32,070 nt of DNA, from IMG/VR virus record IMGVR_UViG_3300034045_000104. The stretch is one strand, 5' to 3'. Positions within the stretch are counted from its first letter, which is position 1. The number at the start of each line of letters is the position of its first letter. Positions 8,716 to 17,464 of the stretch are shown here, one piece after another. The DNA is from a virus. Lineage: Duplodnaviria; Heunggongvirae; Uroviricota; Caudoviricetes. A model generated the notes under the pieces. It had not been told where the DNA came from, did no database searches, and saw only the letters and a list, made by a program, of their open reading frames with translations. Made by a program: the position numbers and the translations under genes.

Positions 8716-9255
8716 CTAGTCAAAACCAAATTCATAATGACCACCAACAGACGTGCTTTGCCAACACAACATCCAAAACATCGTATTTTGTTGTAATGCA
8801 GCTAAGATATGTTCATTCTCAGAAAATCCACCTGTTGATAATCTCCACACACTTTGATTATCAGCAAAATCCTTAAGCGGAACACTATCCCCACACCTTT
8901 TAATAAATGGCAATATCAATTCAAACAACTTACCCCAACCCAAAGTAATTGGCCAGACACGTATTGCCTCTAATGCCCAAGAAGGCACCTCAGAATCTTT
9001 TAACCCATCTGATAACAGTCTTTGCGTATACACGCAACTTACCAATTTGTCATATTCATCTTTTGTGATTTTCCAGAATCGCCCCCACCAATCAAAAGCT
9101 AATAACAACACATCACCAGAGGAGCTGTTTTCATGAACATATGCACAACCATCCAATGTCGGAATAGCAAGAATGGTTTTAATTAAATTATCAATACTTG
9201 ATTCCTCACCATAGGCCTCAACCCACCCACTACCAAATATATAATACTCTCTCAT
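8716..9255 (-). CDS. Hypothetical phage/MGE-type protein (179 aa)
   Basis: LSTGGFSENEHIL..FWMLCW..GGHYEF motif that I associate with phage hypotheticals; unverified. Confidence 0.7.
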   Translation of the reverse strand: MREYYIFGSGWVEAYGEESSIDNLIKTILAIPTLDGCAYVHENSSSGDVLLLAFDWWGRFWKITKDEYDKLVSCVYTQRLLSDGLKDSEVPSWALEAIRVWPITLGWGKLFELILPFIKRCGDSVPLKDFADNQSVWRLSTGGFSENEHILAALQQNTMFWMLCWQSTSVGGHYEFGFD

Positions 9256-9293
9256 ACATCACCAATTTATAAAAAACCATTATAGACAGGCAC

Positions 9294-9322
9294 AAAAAAG
9301 CCGCTTTAAAAAGCGGCTTTTT
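9294..9322. terminator. Bidirectional intrinsic terminator ending the crRNA cassettes
   Basis: AAAAAAGCCGC-tttaaaaa-GCGGCTTTTT. Confidence 0.8.
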
Positions 9323-9336
9323 GAATAGGAATATTA

Positions 9337-9467
9337 ACCAACACAAGTTGGGAGTAACAATTAACCCTAAGGTAATCGTCAGGAATTAACAAAGTCTATT
9401 AGACAACTGTGTTAGAACCTCTCCAAAACTTACCTACACAAGTAGAGATTTACGTAGTCTATTAAAC
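9337..9467 (-). CRISPR. Cas12a mini-array cassette 3
   Basis: Near-consensus repeat 9467-9432, 27-nt spacer 9431-9405 (AAGTTTTGGAGAGGTTCTAACACAGTT), half repeat ending 9404, variant handle ACTCCCAAC-TTGT-GTTGGT at 9355-9337. Confidence 0.75.
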
Positions 9468-9570
9468 AGCTAACTAAGAACAAAATACCCTATATGGTGC
9501 TTTTGAGTATCACAAGATTCAAAAAAACACTATATTCATGCTATTATACTCATTAGACCAGGGTTTGCAA
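9468..9570 (-). promoter_or_regulatory. Promoter + leader, copy C
   Basis: TTGCAA(9570-9565)-16 nt-TATAAT(9548-9543); 44-nt core 9487-9530 identical to copies A and B. Confidence 0.8.
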
Positions 9571-9594
9571 TTTTCTATAAAACAAATTAACTCA

Positions 9595-9785
9595 ATCTGC
9601 ATCAGCAAATTTACATAGCCCATTAGTCCAATAATATTTGTATTTCTCATAAGTTTACATAACCTATTAGACAGAAGTTATATTTATACTTATAGATGTA
9701 TCCGCAAAAGCGGAAGTTTTATAGTGTCATTGAGACTTATGAGTTAGGTATCCGCAAAAGCGGAAGTTTACAAAGTCTATTAAAC
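9595..9785 (-). CRISPR. Cas12a mini-array cassette 2 with variant TCCGC/GCGGA handles
   Basis: Repeats 9785-9750 and 9736-9700 with handle AACTTCCGC-TTTT-GCGGAT; 13-nt spacer 9749-9737; 27-nt spacer 9699-9673; degenerate repeats 9672-9654 and 9628-9595. Confidence 0.8.
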
Positions 9786-9867
9786 AGCTAACTAAGAACA
9801 AACTACCCTATATGGTGCTTTTGAGTATCACAAGATTCAAAAAAACACCTATATTCAAGCAATTATA
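9786..9867 (-). promoter_or_regulatory. Leader copy B with -10 box
   Basis: TATAAT at 9867-9862 with no consensus -35; 44-nt core 9805-9848. Confidence 0.7.
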
Positions 9868-9868
9868 G

Positions 9869-10031
9869 TCATTCACAAATTGGAATTAACGTAGCCTATT
9901 AGACCCGCTCAGACATAAGTTTCCTCAGCCAAATCTACACAAGTAGAAATTCTCCTAGTCTATTAAACGCAAGAGCTAGCCAACCCTGACCATGAATCTA
10001 CACAAGTAGAAATTCTCCTAGTCTATTAAAC
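9869..10031 (-). CRISPR. Cas12a mini-array cassette 1 (consensus repeats)
   Basis: Two identical 36-nt repeats GTTTAATAGACTAGGAGAATTTCTACTTGTGTAGAT (10031-9996, 9968-9933), 27- and 28-nt spacers, degenerate terminal repeat about 9904-9869. Confidence 0.93.
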
Positions 10032-10136
10032 AGCTAAATAAGGACAAACAACCCTATATGGTGCTTTTGAGTATCACAAGATTCAAAAAAACACCTATAT
10101 TCATGCTATTATAGTGATTAAGACCAGGGATTGCAA
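10032..10136 (-). promoter_or_regulatory. Promoter + leader, copy A
   Basis: TTGCAA(10136-10131, inside cas12a)-17 nt-TATAAT(10113-10108); 44-nt core 10051-10094. Confidence 0.85.
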
Positions 10137-13100
10137 TTATCTAACATATTTAAGAAATGCCCAAAATACTTTTCGTTTTCTAAAAACAAATCAACCTTGT
10201 CATCAACTGCAGTCTCATTGATTTGCTGTAAAGCCCATAACCCCTTCACCCCAATTAAATAAGCGCCCAACATATCAGTAGAGCAGGGCATATTACCTGC
10301 ATCCAAGGAATTGTAATAACTGCCATCAGAGCAACGAATGGGGGATAAAACATAATCCAAACCACCTCGCCCGTTAGATTGCCTCATTTTAAAAACCAGA
10401 TTCAATAAAAAGAATAAATCTCTAAAAAACGCAGCTGAATTAACCTCTAAGATCACTGGCAATATATCTTCACCATCCTTAAATTCAATATCAGCATTAA
10501 TCAACAACGACTGCAATTCTTCATTAACATTAATACATTCAAATTCTTTTTGGGTCTTGTCATAAAAATAACGCTCATCTCCATGAGTGGATGCCACCCA
10601 TTTTGTTTTATAACCAGTAAAATCCCGTTTAGAAAACATTGGCTCATAATCAAAACCAATATCAAAAACATTGAATTCTTTATTAAAACGAACACCTTCA
10701 AACTTACCTAAGAAAGACTTCGCATTTTTCATGTTTTTATATTGAAACCTGATCAAATTAACAAAACCTGATTTCGGACAAAGCGATGTTGTATAGCTTG
10801 GATTAGCAATAAACATGGCCCCCGCCTGTTTTCCTAGCATTTTAAGCGATTCAAATTTAGGTGCCAATTGATAAGCATTTAAAACATGACCCGCCTGGCC
10901 AATAGTCTTTTCTTTTAGTACCATAAAATTAAGCTTATTTGATAATGCAATCAAGAATCGGTCATATATTTGCGCCTCAAACTTCTGCCTAGCTTGCTTG
11001 AAACCAGCATCCAATCCATCCACACATAGTACCGCATTATGCTCAATCATTAATCTTGTAACCCTATGCAAGACGGTACCAAGAAAACCTTGTTTTAATT
11101 CTTTAATCCCATCAACAGCAGCCCATGCCTTTCTTGATGCGTTTCTTTTCAACTCTCTATCTTTCAAGATAACTTGATAATCAGTAACTATTTTGTTGGG
11201 GTCAACGACCTTATCAAGTGTATCATGATCGATAATTTTTCCTGATTGGTCCATTACAACATAGTAAAGAAGATTCTTTTCACCACGTTTTAAAGCCAGT
11301 ACATTTATTTTCTTTTTATTGGCTCGAATCACTTCATTATTGAAGTTGCGGTTAAAGTAAAAAGATTCTTTTGCGCCTTGATGGTTTAATGTGATGCTAA
11401 AATTAAATTGAAAATGTTCCTTAGTGTATTTCTTATCTTTAATAATATCATAAGCATAAGTTGCTGTTTTATTTTTTGCATTGGGATTTTTATTCTTAAT
11501 TGGAATCCCTGCTTTATGCACAATCATTTGTTCCTTGCTAATTAGTGCGGGTCGCCAAAAAAGCTCACCACCTCCATTTAATTTGATAATTGGCGCTTTC
11601 AAGTTCACTTGAGAGAACAAGTTTTTAATGTACATCGTGTGTATACTATCACGCCCTTTTGAATGGGGAGAAAAATCCATATTGTAGATTTGGAATAAGA
11701 ATAACTTACCACTTTCAACAGCCGCATCGATGTAATCATTTTTGATACAAGTAAAATCAACTTTATAAGCGGCCTTTTCAACTTCTACATAAAACTCACT
11801 GACATTGGTATAAGTCGATGTCTTACTGAAATTATAATTAAACTGGTTCCAAACAGGATGAATTTTAAGACAGCCCTTAAAGTAATCAATGACCTTATGA
11901 CAGTCATCTAAATTGAATTCAGCCTTATCAAAACCATCCTTTGGCAACCCACCTTTGGTATGTGAAGAGCGATTAGTAATATCGATAATTTCATCACTAG
12001 GATTAAAGAATTCACGTCTATTCAACGCTGAAATAAAAACTTTAGGACCCATTTTATTGAAGCCAGATACCATGGAGTAATCCATTTTATTGTAGCCAAC
12101 ACCATCTGGGCATTTGATTTCATTCAAAAATGCTTTTTTCTTCGCAGCTTTTACAGGGTTAAAATGCTCATCAAATTTAAGCGTGTAATCAAAGAGCTTT
12201 TTATTATCTTGATTAACTATCCCCAGGTAATACAAACCATCTTTTTCAAACATAACAGATGAGGATGCCTGTTCTTGACCTGATGACCAACCACTGAGTA
12301 ATTGATAATTATCAAAGTTTAACTTGATCTTCTTACTAGTTGATTTTTTCTTAGTTACATGATTTCTGACTTTGTTATAAAGCAAAAACATTAATTCATC
12401 TAGATGAGAATAAACATCCAGGAACCCAGAATAAAACAAAGAATCATGATTGAGGGCTTTAGTCATATCAATAGCAGCTTTATTTTCAACCAAATGAAGC
12501 GGCCTATAAGCTACAACGAACGCGTTCATGCACTCCAATAAGGACTGAATTATTTGAACTTGCTTAAATCCCTTGCCGCCTTCGTCTTCATCATTTCTTG
12601 TTTTTGGTAGCCTTCTATTGGCATCTAGAAAATCAAGGCATTCAATTGTCTTATATAACTCACGAGCCTTGTCATAAGACTCTTTTAATTTGATATAAGA
12701 ACCAACAATGCCAGATTGCACAGGCAATTGCGTTTTCAATTCTGATAAAATAGAATAAAAACCATCATCAGAATTCAGCGTATTAGCATATTTGATAATG
12801 AGCTCATCCATCTGACCGATACTGACAACCGACACATCATTTAGATTGTTCTCACTTAGCACGACATCAATTAATTTATAGTCACCAAATATAGCGTTAG
12901 ATAAGAATTTAATTTTGTTGGTTTTGATATAAATAGCAGTCGCGTCACGCTTGCTCAGCGATAATATTGTTTGACTCAAAGAATTAAAAATACCATCCTT
13001 TGACTCTAACATCTCAACAGCGGCATTAAGTGCGGCAATCATTTCCTTATCAGTATCGAAAAACGCAGGCACAAACGACAAAGAGCCCCCTTCACCAAAT

Positions 13101-13990
13101 ATTTGACGTTGAAGTTTTACAAAAACGCCAAACCTTGAGATGTCTTTATTGACTGCTAATAATTCATATATAAAGCTATTTATACCCTTGGTACGAGAGC
13201 CATCCTCATGACTAACACCTAGGAATTTTGCATTGTAATTATTTATATTGTTCTGAGCGACATAATCAAAAGCCTTGCTTAATTCAAACAACTCATCACT
13301 CTTATGTAACACATCCAATAAGCCATCAAATCTTTTGTCTTGCTCACCCAACCCAAGAACATTATTAAAGGCCAATTTATTTTTGAAAAACAATTCTAAA
13401 TTCACATCAACGATACGATAGGCCAGGGCATTAGATTTGGACTCAGATGAAAACAAGCTTTTCTTTAGCTTAAAGTAATCCATAAAATAACTGGTAAACT
13501 TATTAAATCCATGGACTATTTGAATGTCTTTATAGTCACAATCTTGCTCATCCATCCACTCAGGCAAAACCTTCACCAAAAATGCTGATTTCAAAAGAGC
13601 GCTTAAGCCAATAAAGCATTTAGCAACATGCTTTCTTAACTTGTCTTTACTAGAATCATAGGCTTTAAAAGCCTTTTGCATGCGCTTGGTCTTTACTTCT
13701 TTTGACTCATCACCTTCATCAGATGTACCAATCACAGACCGATACAACTCATAGTGGGACTCAATCAATGCGGCATCAACCTTAAGGCCTGCAAGACAAC
13801 GCTTGATGTAATCACGATAGTAAGCATCAGCAAATCCTTTTACAGCCAAAAAATCCTTAGCTCTTTGCTTATCTTGTTCAACAAATCCCTTTTCTTTAAT
13901 GTGTTCCAGAGTTTTACCGACCGGAATTAGTTTTTGGCGAATAGTTTTTGTCACTTGGTATACACCGGTGCTTTCATCAAAGACACTCAT
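10118..13990 (-). CDS. cas12a: Type V-A Cas12a (Cpf1) homolog, predicted nuclease-dead
   Basis: 1290 aa; N-terminal KTIRQKLIPVGKT, KLNFDN..LSGW, NKMGPKVF, KLNGGGELF. RuvC-I LALKRGEKNLLY (D>K), RuvC-II LCVDGL (E>D), RuvC-III TDMLGAY. Adjacent Cas12a-type repeats. Confidence 0.95.
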   Translation of the reverse strand: MSVFDESTGVYQVTKTIRQKLIPVGKTLEHIKEKGFVEQDKQRAKDFLAVKGFADAYYRDYIKRCLAGLKVDAALIESHYELYRSVIGTSDEGDESKEVKTKRMQKAFKAYDSSKDKLRKHVAKCFIGLSALLKSAFLVKVLPEWMDEQDCDYKDIQIVHGFNKFTSYFMDYFKLKKSLFSSESKSNALAYRIVDVNLELFFKNKLAFNNVLGLGEQDKRFDGLLDVLHKSDELFELSKAFDYVAQNNINNYNAKFLGVSHEDGSRTKGINSFIYELLAVNKDISRFGVFVKLQRQIFGEGGSLSFVPAFFDTDKEMIAALNAAVEMLESKDGIFNSLSQTILSLSKRDATAIYIKTNKIKFLSNAIFGDYKLIDVVLSENNLNDVSVVSIGQMDELIIKYANTLNSDDGFYSILSELKTQLPVQSGIVGSYIKLKESYDKARELYKTIECLDFLDANRRLPKTRNDEDEGGKGFKQVQIIQSLLECMNAFVVAYRPLHLVENKAAIDMTKALNHDSLFYSGFLDVYSHLDELMFLLYNKVRNHVTKKKSTSKKIKLNFDNYQLLSGWSSGQEQASSSVMFEKDGLYYLGIVNQDNKKLFDYTLKFDEHFNPVKAAKKKAFLNEIKCPDGVGYNKMDYSMVSGFNKMGPKVFISALNRREFFNPSDEIIDITNRSSHTKGGLPKDGFDKAEFNLDDCHKVIDYFKGCLKIHPVWNQFNYNFSKTSTYTNVSEFYVEVEKAAYKVDFTCIKNDYIDAAVESGKLFLFQIYNMDFSPHSKGRDSIHTMYIKNLFSQVNLKAPIIKLNGGGELFWRPALISKEQMIVHKAGIPIKNKNPNAKNKTATYAYDIIKDKKYTKEHFQFNFSITLNHQGAKESFYFNRNFNNEVIRANKKKINVLALKRGEKNLLYYVVMDQSGKIIDHDTLDKVVDPNKIVTDYQVILKDRELKRNASRKAWAAVDGIKELKQGFLGTVLHRVTRLMIEHNAVLCVDGLDAGFKQARQKFEAQIYDRFLIALSNKLNFMVLKEKTIGQAGHVLNAYQLAPKFESLKMLGKQAGAMFIANPSYTTSLCPKSGFVNLIRFQYKNMKNAKSFLGKFEGVRFNKEFNVFDIGFDYEPMFSKRDFTGYKTKWVASTHGDERYFYDKTQKEFECINVNEELQSLLINADIEFKDGEDILPVILEVNSAAFFRDLFFLLNLVFKMRQSNGRGGLDYVLSPIRCSDGSYYNSLDAGNMPCSTDMLGAYLIGVKGLWALQQINETAVDDKVDLFLENEKYFGHFLNMLDNCNPWS

Positions 13991-14135
13991 AAACCAGCCC
14001 CACGCCCTTCACGCACATTCTCAATCAACTCATAAAAATCATCACTTGCATTCATACCCGTACCCTTATTAGTTATTTGAATTATATTATAGAAAGGCAC
14101 ATATTACACGCGCCACCTTACTTACTCATCTACTT

Positions 14136-14864
14136 TTATTGTTCGGCTAGAAATTGACTAAATTTAGCATATTCATCAGCTGTAATATTAACAAACTTAT
14201 TCCACCCTGTATACGCATCTAGCAACTCACTAGCCATGTGCTTATTAGAGGCATCAAAAACCTCACACGTTCCATTAAATAAAATATCACCAGACCTTAA
14301 TGCATTTATCAAGTCATTAATTCCGTAATTGTCATAATGATTAACATAATCAGAGCCAAGCAAAAAATATTGTTTATTATCAATTTCAAGCTGCTCATCT
14401 ACAAAGCCACTGACCGTCTCATACCAATCTTTTTCATCCCAGTTATCATTTCCATACTTCTCTTGAAAGGCCATGGTGATTTCAACACAAATTCCCATCA
14501 AACCAGCCTGACCCTCATGGCGCTTTATTTTTATAAGTTTAGGATTAACATCTGCCAAACCAACAATTTGCTCACAAACCAGCCAATTAACCTCCAAATA
14601 CCCAAGCAATCTTTTTTTGAGCGTCTTACAGCCAACCTTAAGAATATTTTGTATTGACTCAACTACCATTGCACAATTTCTATACGCATTATCAACATAG
14701 AATACTGTATTTGTACTCATACAGATAATCGCAACAGTCAAGCCTTGGCTATTTGCATTATTATCAAAATAGACATCGATATGCATAAAATTATCATCAT
14801 CTATAAAATCATTCTTAACTTCAGTTACATTCTTCTGATTACTATTAGTCATATTTACCACCAC
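14136..14864 (-). CDS. Hypothetical protein (242 aa)
   Basis: Long co-oriented ORF; no motif recognised. Confidence 0.75.
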   Translation of the reverse strand: MVVNMTNSNQKNVTEVKNDFIDDDNFMHIDVYFDNNANSQGLTVAIICMSTNTVFYVDNAYRNCAMVVESIQNILKVGCKTLKKRLLGYLEVNWLVCEQIVGLADVNPKLIKIKRHEGQAGLMGICVEITMAFQEKYGNDNWDEKDWYETVSGFVDEQLEIDNKQYFLLGSDYVNHYDNYGINDLINALRSGDILFNGTCEVFDASNKHMASELLDAYTGWNKFVNITADEYAKFSQFLAEQ

Positions 14865-14921
14865 TGTTATTTATATATACAATCATAGCCCTGCGAGATA
14901 ATCAAAAACCATTCCAACAAA

Positions 14922-15992
14922 TTAAGCCGCTTTCTTAAATATTGGATTTCTTCCCATCTGAAACTCCAAATTACTTTTGGCATATTTATTAACATACACA
15001 AGAATTTGATTCATTTCACTACTTGGAAATAGCAAAGTGTAGTGTGACTTAAACACTTTCAGCTTAATACCATTGATAATACATTCATCTCCTGCATTCA
15101 ATTTCTTTGCCAAAAACCCATCAAGTGCTTCAAGTCCTTTATAGTTATTAAAATACTTAAACATTCTTTTCACCGCACCCCAAAGCTCCTCACAATAACG
15201 ACCATATCGATGCTCAGAACCAAAATAATCACCATCACTACATCCCAAAACCCAAGACTCACTCAACTGTAAGCCATCTTTTATTTTTTTACAGTCTCTA
15301 AAGGTGCCTGCTATCCTAATACCTGCCTTGGCATGATAGGCGCCGTTAATAGCATCAGGGTCAAACACATTTATAAAGTCATCTAAAGCCTCATCTAATT
15401 TAAAAACCTCATCAAAAGCCTTAAAATCCCATTTATCAACATTGACAAAAGACCCACCAATGATATTGCTACACGTATAATGACAATCGATCATATGTTT
15501 AACTCTTGTCTGGAAAGCTTGTTTTAATTCATCATAGGCATTGTTGGCCAGTGATTTCATATCAAAGGACATATCAAAGCTCCCTTTAAGCCACTCAACA
15601 TCCTTATGGGCATAGATGTCTTTATATGCAGCTATCGCCTTCTTTAATTTAAGCCTGACACCATCAACCGTTCTTTGATAGCCATATCCCATGATATTTC
15701 TAAATACATTGGTATCGCCATAACAAGCCAAACCAATACCCACAAAACACATTTTCACACCATTAAAATAAAAATAATCAGATGTCTCACCCTTATTCAA
15801 AGCATAAACAGCATTAGAAAGCCCATCATCAACACACAACATCCCACAATAAGCATTGGCTTTATCGTAATCACCATTAATCCTCTCAGTTTTACTGAAA
15901 TCAACATTGGCCAACAAGTCAGCTCTAAAATCTTCATATTTAATAATTTTCATGTATTCACCAATTTCTAAAATTCCATTATAATTTGACAC
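14922..15992 (-). CDS. Hypothetical protein (356 aa)
   Basis: Long co-oriented ORF ending KKAA; no confident family. Confidence 0.75.
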   Translation of the reverse strand: MSNYNGILEIGEYMKIIKYEDFRADLLANVDFSKTERINGDYDKANAYCGMLCVDDGLSNAVYALNKGETSDYFYFNGVKMCFVGIGLACYGDTNVFRNIMGYGYQRTVDGVRLKLKKAIAAYKDIYAHKDVEWLKGSFDMSFDMKSLANNAYDELKQAFQTRVKHMIDCHYTCSNIIGGSFVNVDKWDFKAFDEVFKLDEALDDFINVFDPDAINGAYHAKAGIRIAGTFRDCKKIKDGLQLSESWVLGCSDGDYFGSEHRYGRYCEELWGAVKRMFKYFNNYKGLEALDGFLAKKLNAGDECIINGIKLKVFKSHYTLLFPSSEMNQILVYVNKYAKSNLEFQMGRNPIFKKAA

Positions 15993-16018
15993 AAAAAAGC
16001 ACCGCTTAAAACGGCGCT
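15993..16018 (-). terminator. Intrinsic terminator
   Basis: Minus strand AGCGCCG-ttttaag-CGGTGCT-TTTTT. Confidence 0.6.
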
Positions 16019-16067
16019 ATTCACTATTGAATATTAAGCTGCAGCTCGCTTGTGTTTTAATTGTTCA

Positions 16068-17431
16068 TTGACATCCTCACCGCCCTAAAGGACGATGATT
16101 CCTAAAAGAATTAGGCAACTAACGATCGCTCGTACAGTTGAGGTTCCTGCTTCATAGAGACTGCCAACGCACTCTCTCCACAGGCTATCGCGACAAGCCC
16201 TGCCGCTAAAATATTTAATGCAGCGTTTAAGTCTGCATTTAGTTCTAATCCACATACCAGGCACTTAAACAACTCTTGGGTTTTTCTGTTGTCTTTGTGT
16301 GTAAATCCACAACCACTACATTTTTGAGAAGTGTATTTTGGGTCTATCTTGATTACATCATTGCCCTGCCATTGGCACTTATACTCAAGCTGGCGAACAA
16401 ACTCGCCCCAAGCTTGCTCAAGGATCACTCGATTCAACCCAGATTTTGCCTTAATGTTTTTACCAGGGCTTTCCATATCGCCTTTAGCTGATTTACTCAT
16501 GTTTATGATTTTCAAATCTTCAACAAAAATGATAGCGTGGTTTTTGCTCAATTGTGTTGAGGTTTTATGAAGAAAATCGTGACGAGTATTTTTAATCAAA
16601 GTATGCAGCTTTGAAACCTTAAGTTTTTGTTTTCTCCAATTATTAGAGAACTTGACCTTACGCGCTAAGTTGCGTTGCAGCTTAGCTAGTTTGGTTTTAT
16701 TAATTTTGCCAGAGTTAACTGGTGCCACTACCAGCCCATCAGAACAAGTCACAAACTGTTTGACTCCCAAATCAATACCAATAGCAGAGGTAGCTTTTGA
16801 TTCAGCATTGACAGCAGTTTCAACCTGAACTGACATGTACCAACCATTGGCACCTTTGGATATGGTTATATTCTTTGGTGTACCAACAATCTCTTGAGAT
16901 TTAAAGAAACCAACCCAACCAATTTTAGGCAAGTACACCCTGCGGTTATCGAACTTAAAGCCCTGAACATACCTGAAAGCATTGGATTGGTGCTTTTTCT
17001 TAAATCGTGGCAATCTTTTGAGTGGTTGTTTCTTATCGAAACAATCCTTAAAAGCCTTTTCCAAATCTTTGAGTTTTTGTTGTAGAACCTGGCTATGACA
17101 TTCTTTCAAGAACCCATATTCTTCTGATTGTTTCCACAAGGTCAACCAGTAGGCGGATTCATTGTACCAGTAGATATTTTGTTTTTGCTCAAGCCTAGAG
17201 ACACACATTGCCAATACTTTATTCCAAGCAAACCGAGCATGACCACTAAAGACATTGAGCTTGCGCTCAATATTAACATCGGTCTTTAACTTGAATTTAT
17301 AGGCTTTGCGTATATTCATAGTTGGGAGTTTACCAAATCCTATTCTCAAAACTTGAGAATGGAATTAAATTAAACATTAAAAAAAGGCTTATATCCCCGC
17401 CATGAATGACGGGGTTTTACGCCTAAAAGTG
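16068..17431 (-). mobile_element. IS200/IS605-family non-autonomous element (tnpB only)
   Basis: Left end TTAT|CAC...CCCCGTCA-TTCA-TGGCGGGG hairpin (17414-17395); right end TCATCGTCC-TTTA-GGGCGGTGA hairpin finishing GGATGTCAA at 16068; no tnpA. Confidence 0.85.
16111..17349 (-). CDS. tnpB: TnpB RNA-guided endonuclease
   Basis: KAYKFKL N-terminus; Ruv[17 protein letters not shown] all intact; CSGC/CLVC zinc finger. Confidence 0.95.
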   Translation of the reverse strand: MRIGFGKLPTMNIRKAYKFKLKTDVNIERKLNVFSGHARFAWNKVLAMCVSRLEQKQNIYWYNESAYWLTLWKQSEEYGFLKECHSQVLQQKLKDLEKAFKDCFDKKQPLKRLPRFKKKHQSNAFRYVQGFKFDNRRVYLPKIGWVGFFKSQEIVGTPKNITISKGANGWYMSVQVETAVNAESKATSAIGIDLGVKQFVTCSDGLVVAPVNSGKINKTKLAKLQRNLARKVKFSNNWRKQKLKVSKLHTLIKNTRHDFLHKTSTQLSKNHAIIFVEDLKIINMSKSAKGDMESPGKNIKAKSGLNRVILEQAWGEFVRQLEYKCQWQGNDVIKIDPKYTSQKCSGCGFTHKDNRKTQELFKCLVCGLELNADLNAALNILAAGLVAIACGESALAVSMKQEPQLYERSLVA

Positions 17432-17464
17432 ATAATTAACAAGATATTATAGTTTCACTGCAAT

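Noticed and set aside
8709-8735. Spacer 9969-9995 matches CAAGAGCTAG(T)CAA at the end of the 179-aa gene
   Set aside because: 13/14 match is PAM-distal, the seed is unmatched, and a hit of this size is roughly expected by chance over 64 kb of both strands.
9519-9650. 43-aa ORF (MRNTNIIG...NCKPWS...) in the cassette region
   Set aside because: Made of degenerate repeats, the cas12a remnant and leader; no evidence of coding function.
9256-16067. cas1, cas2, cas4 or a tracrRNA near cas12a
   Set aside because: No ORF with these motifs and no anti-repeat recognised; the 242-aa and 356-aa ORFs show no Cas motifs I can identify.
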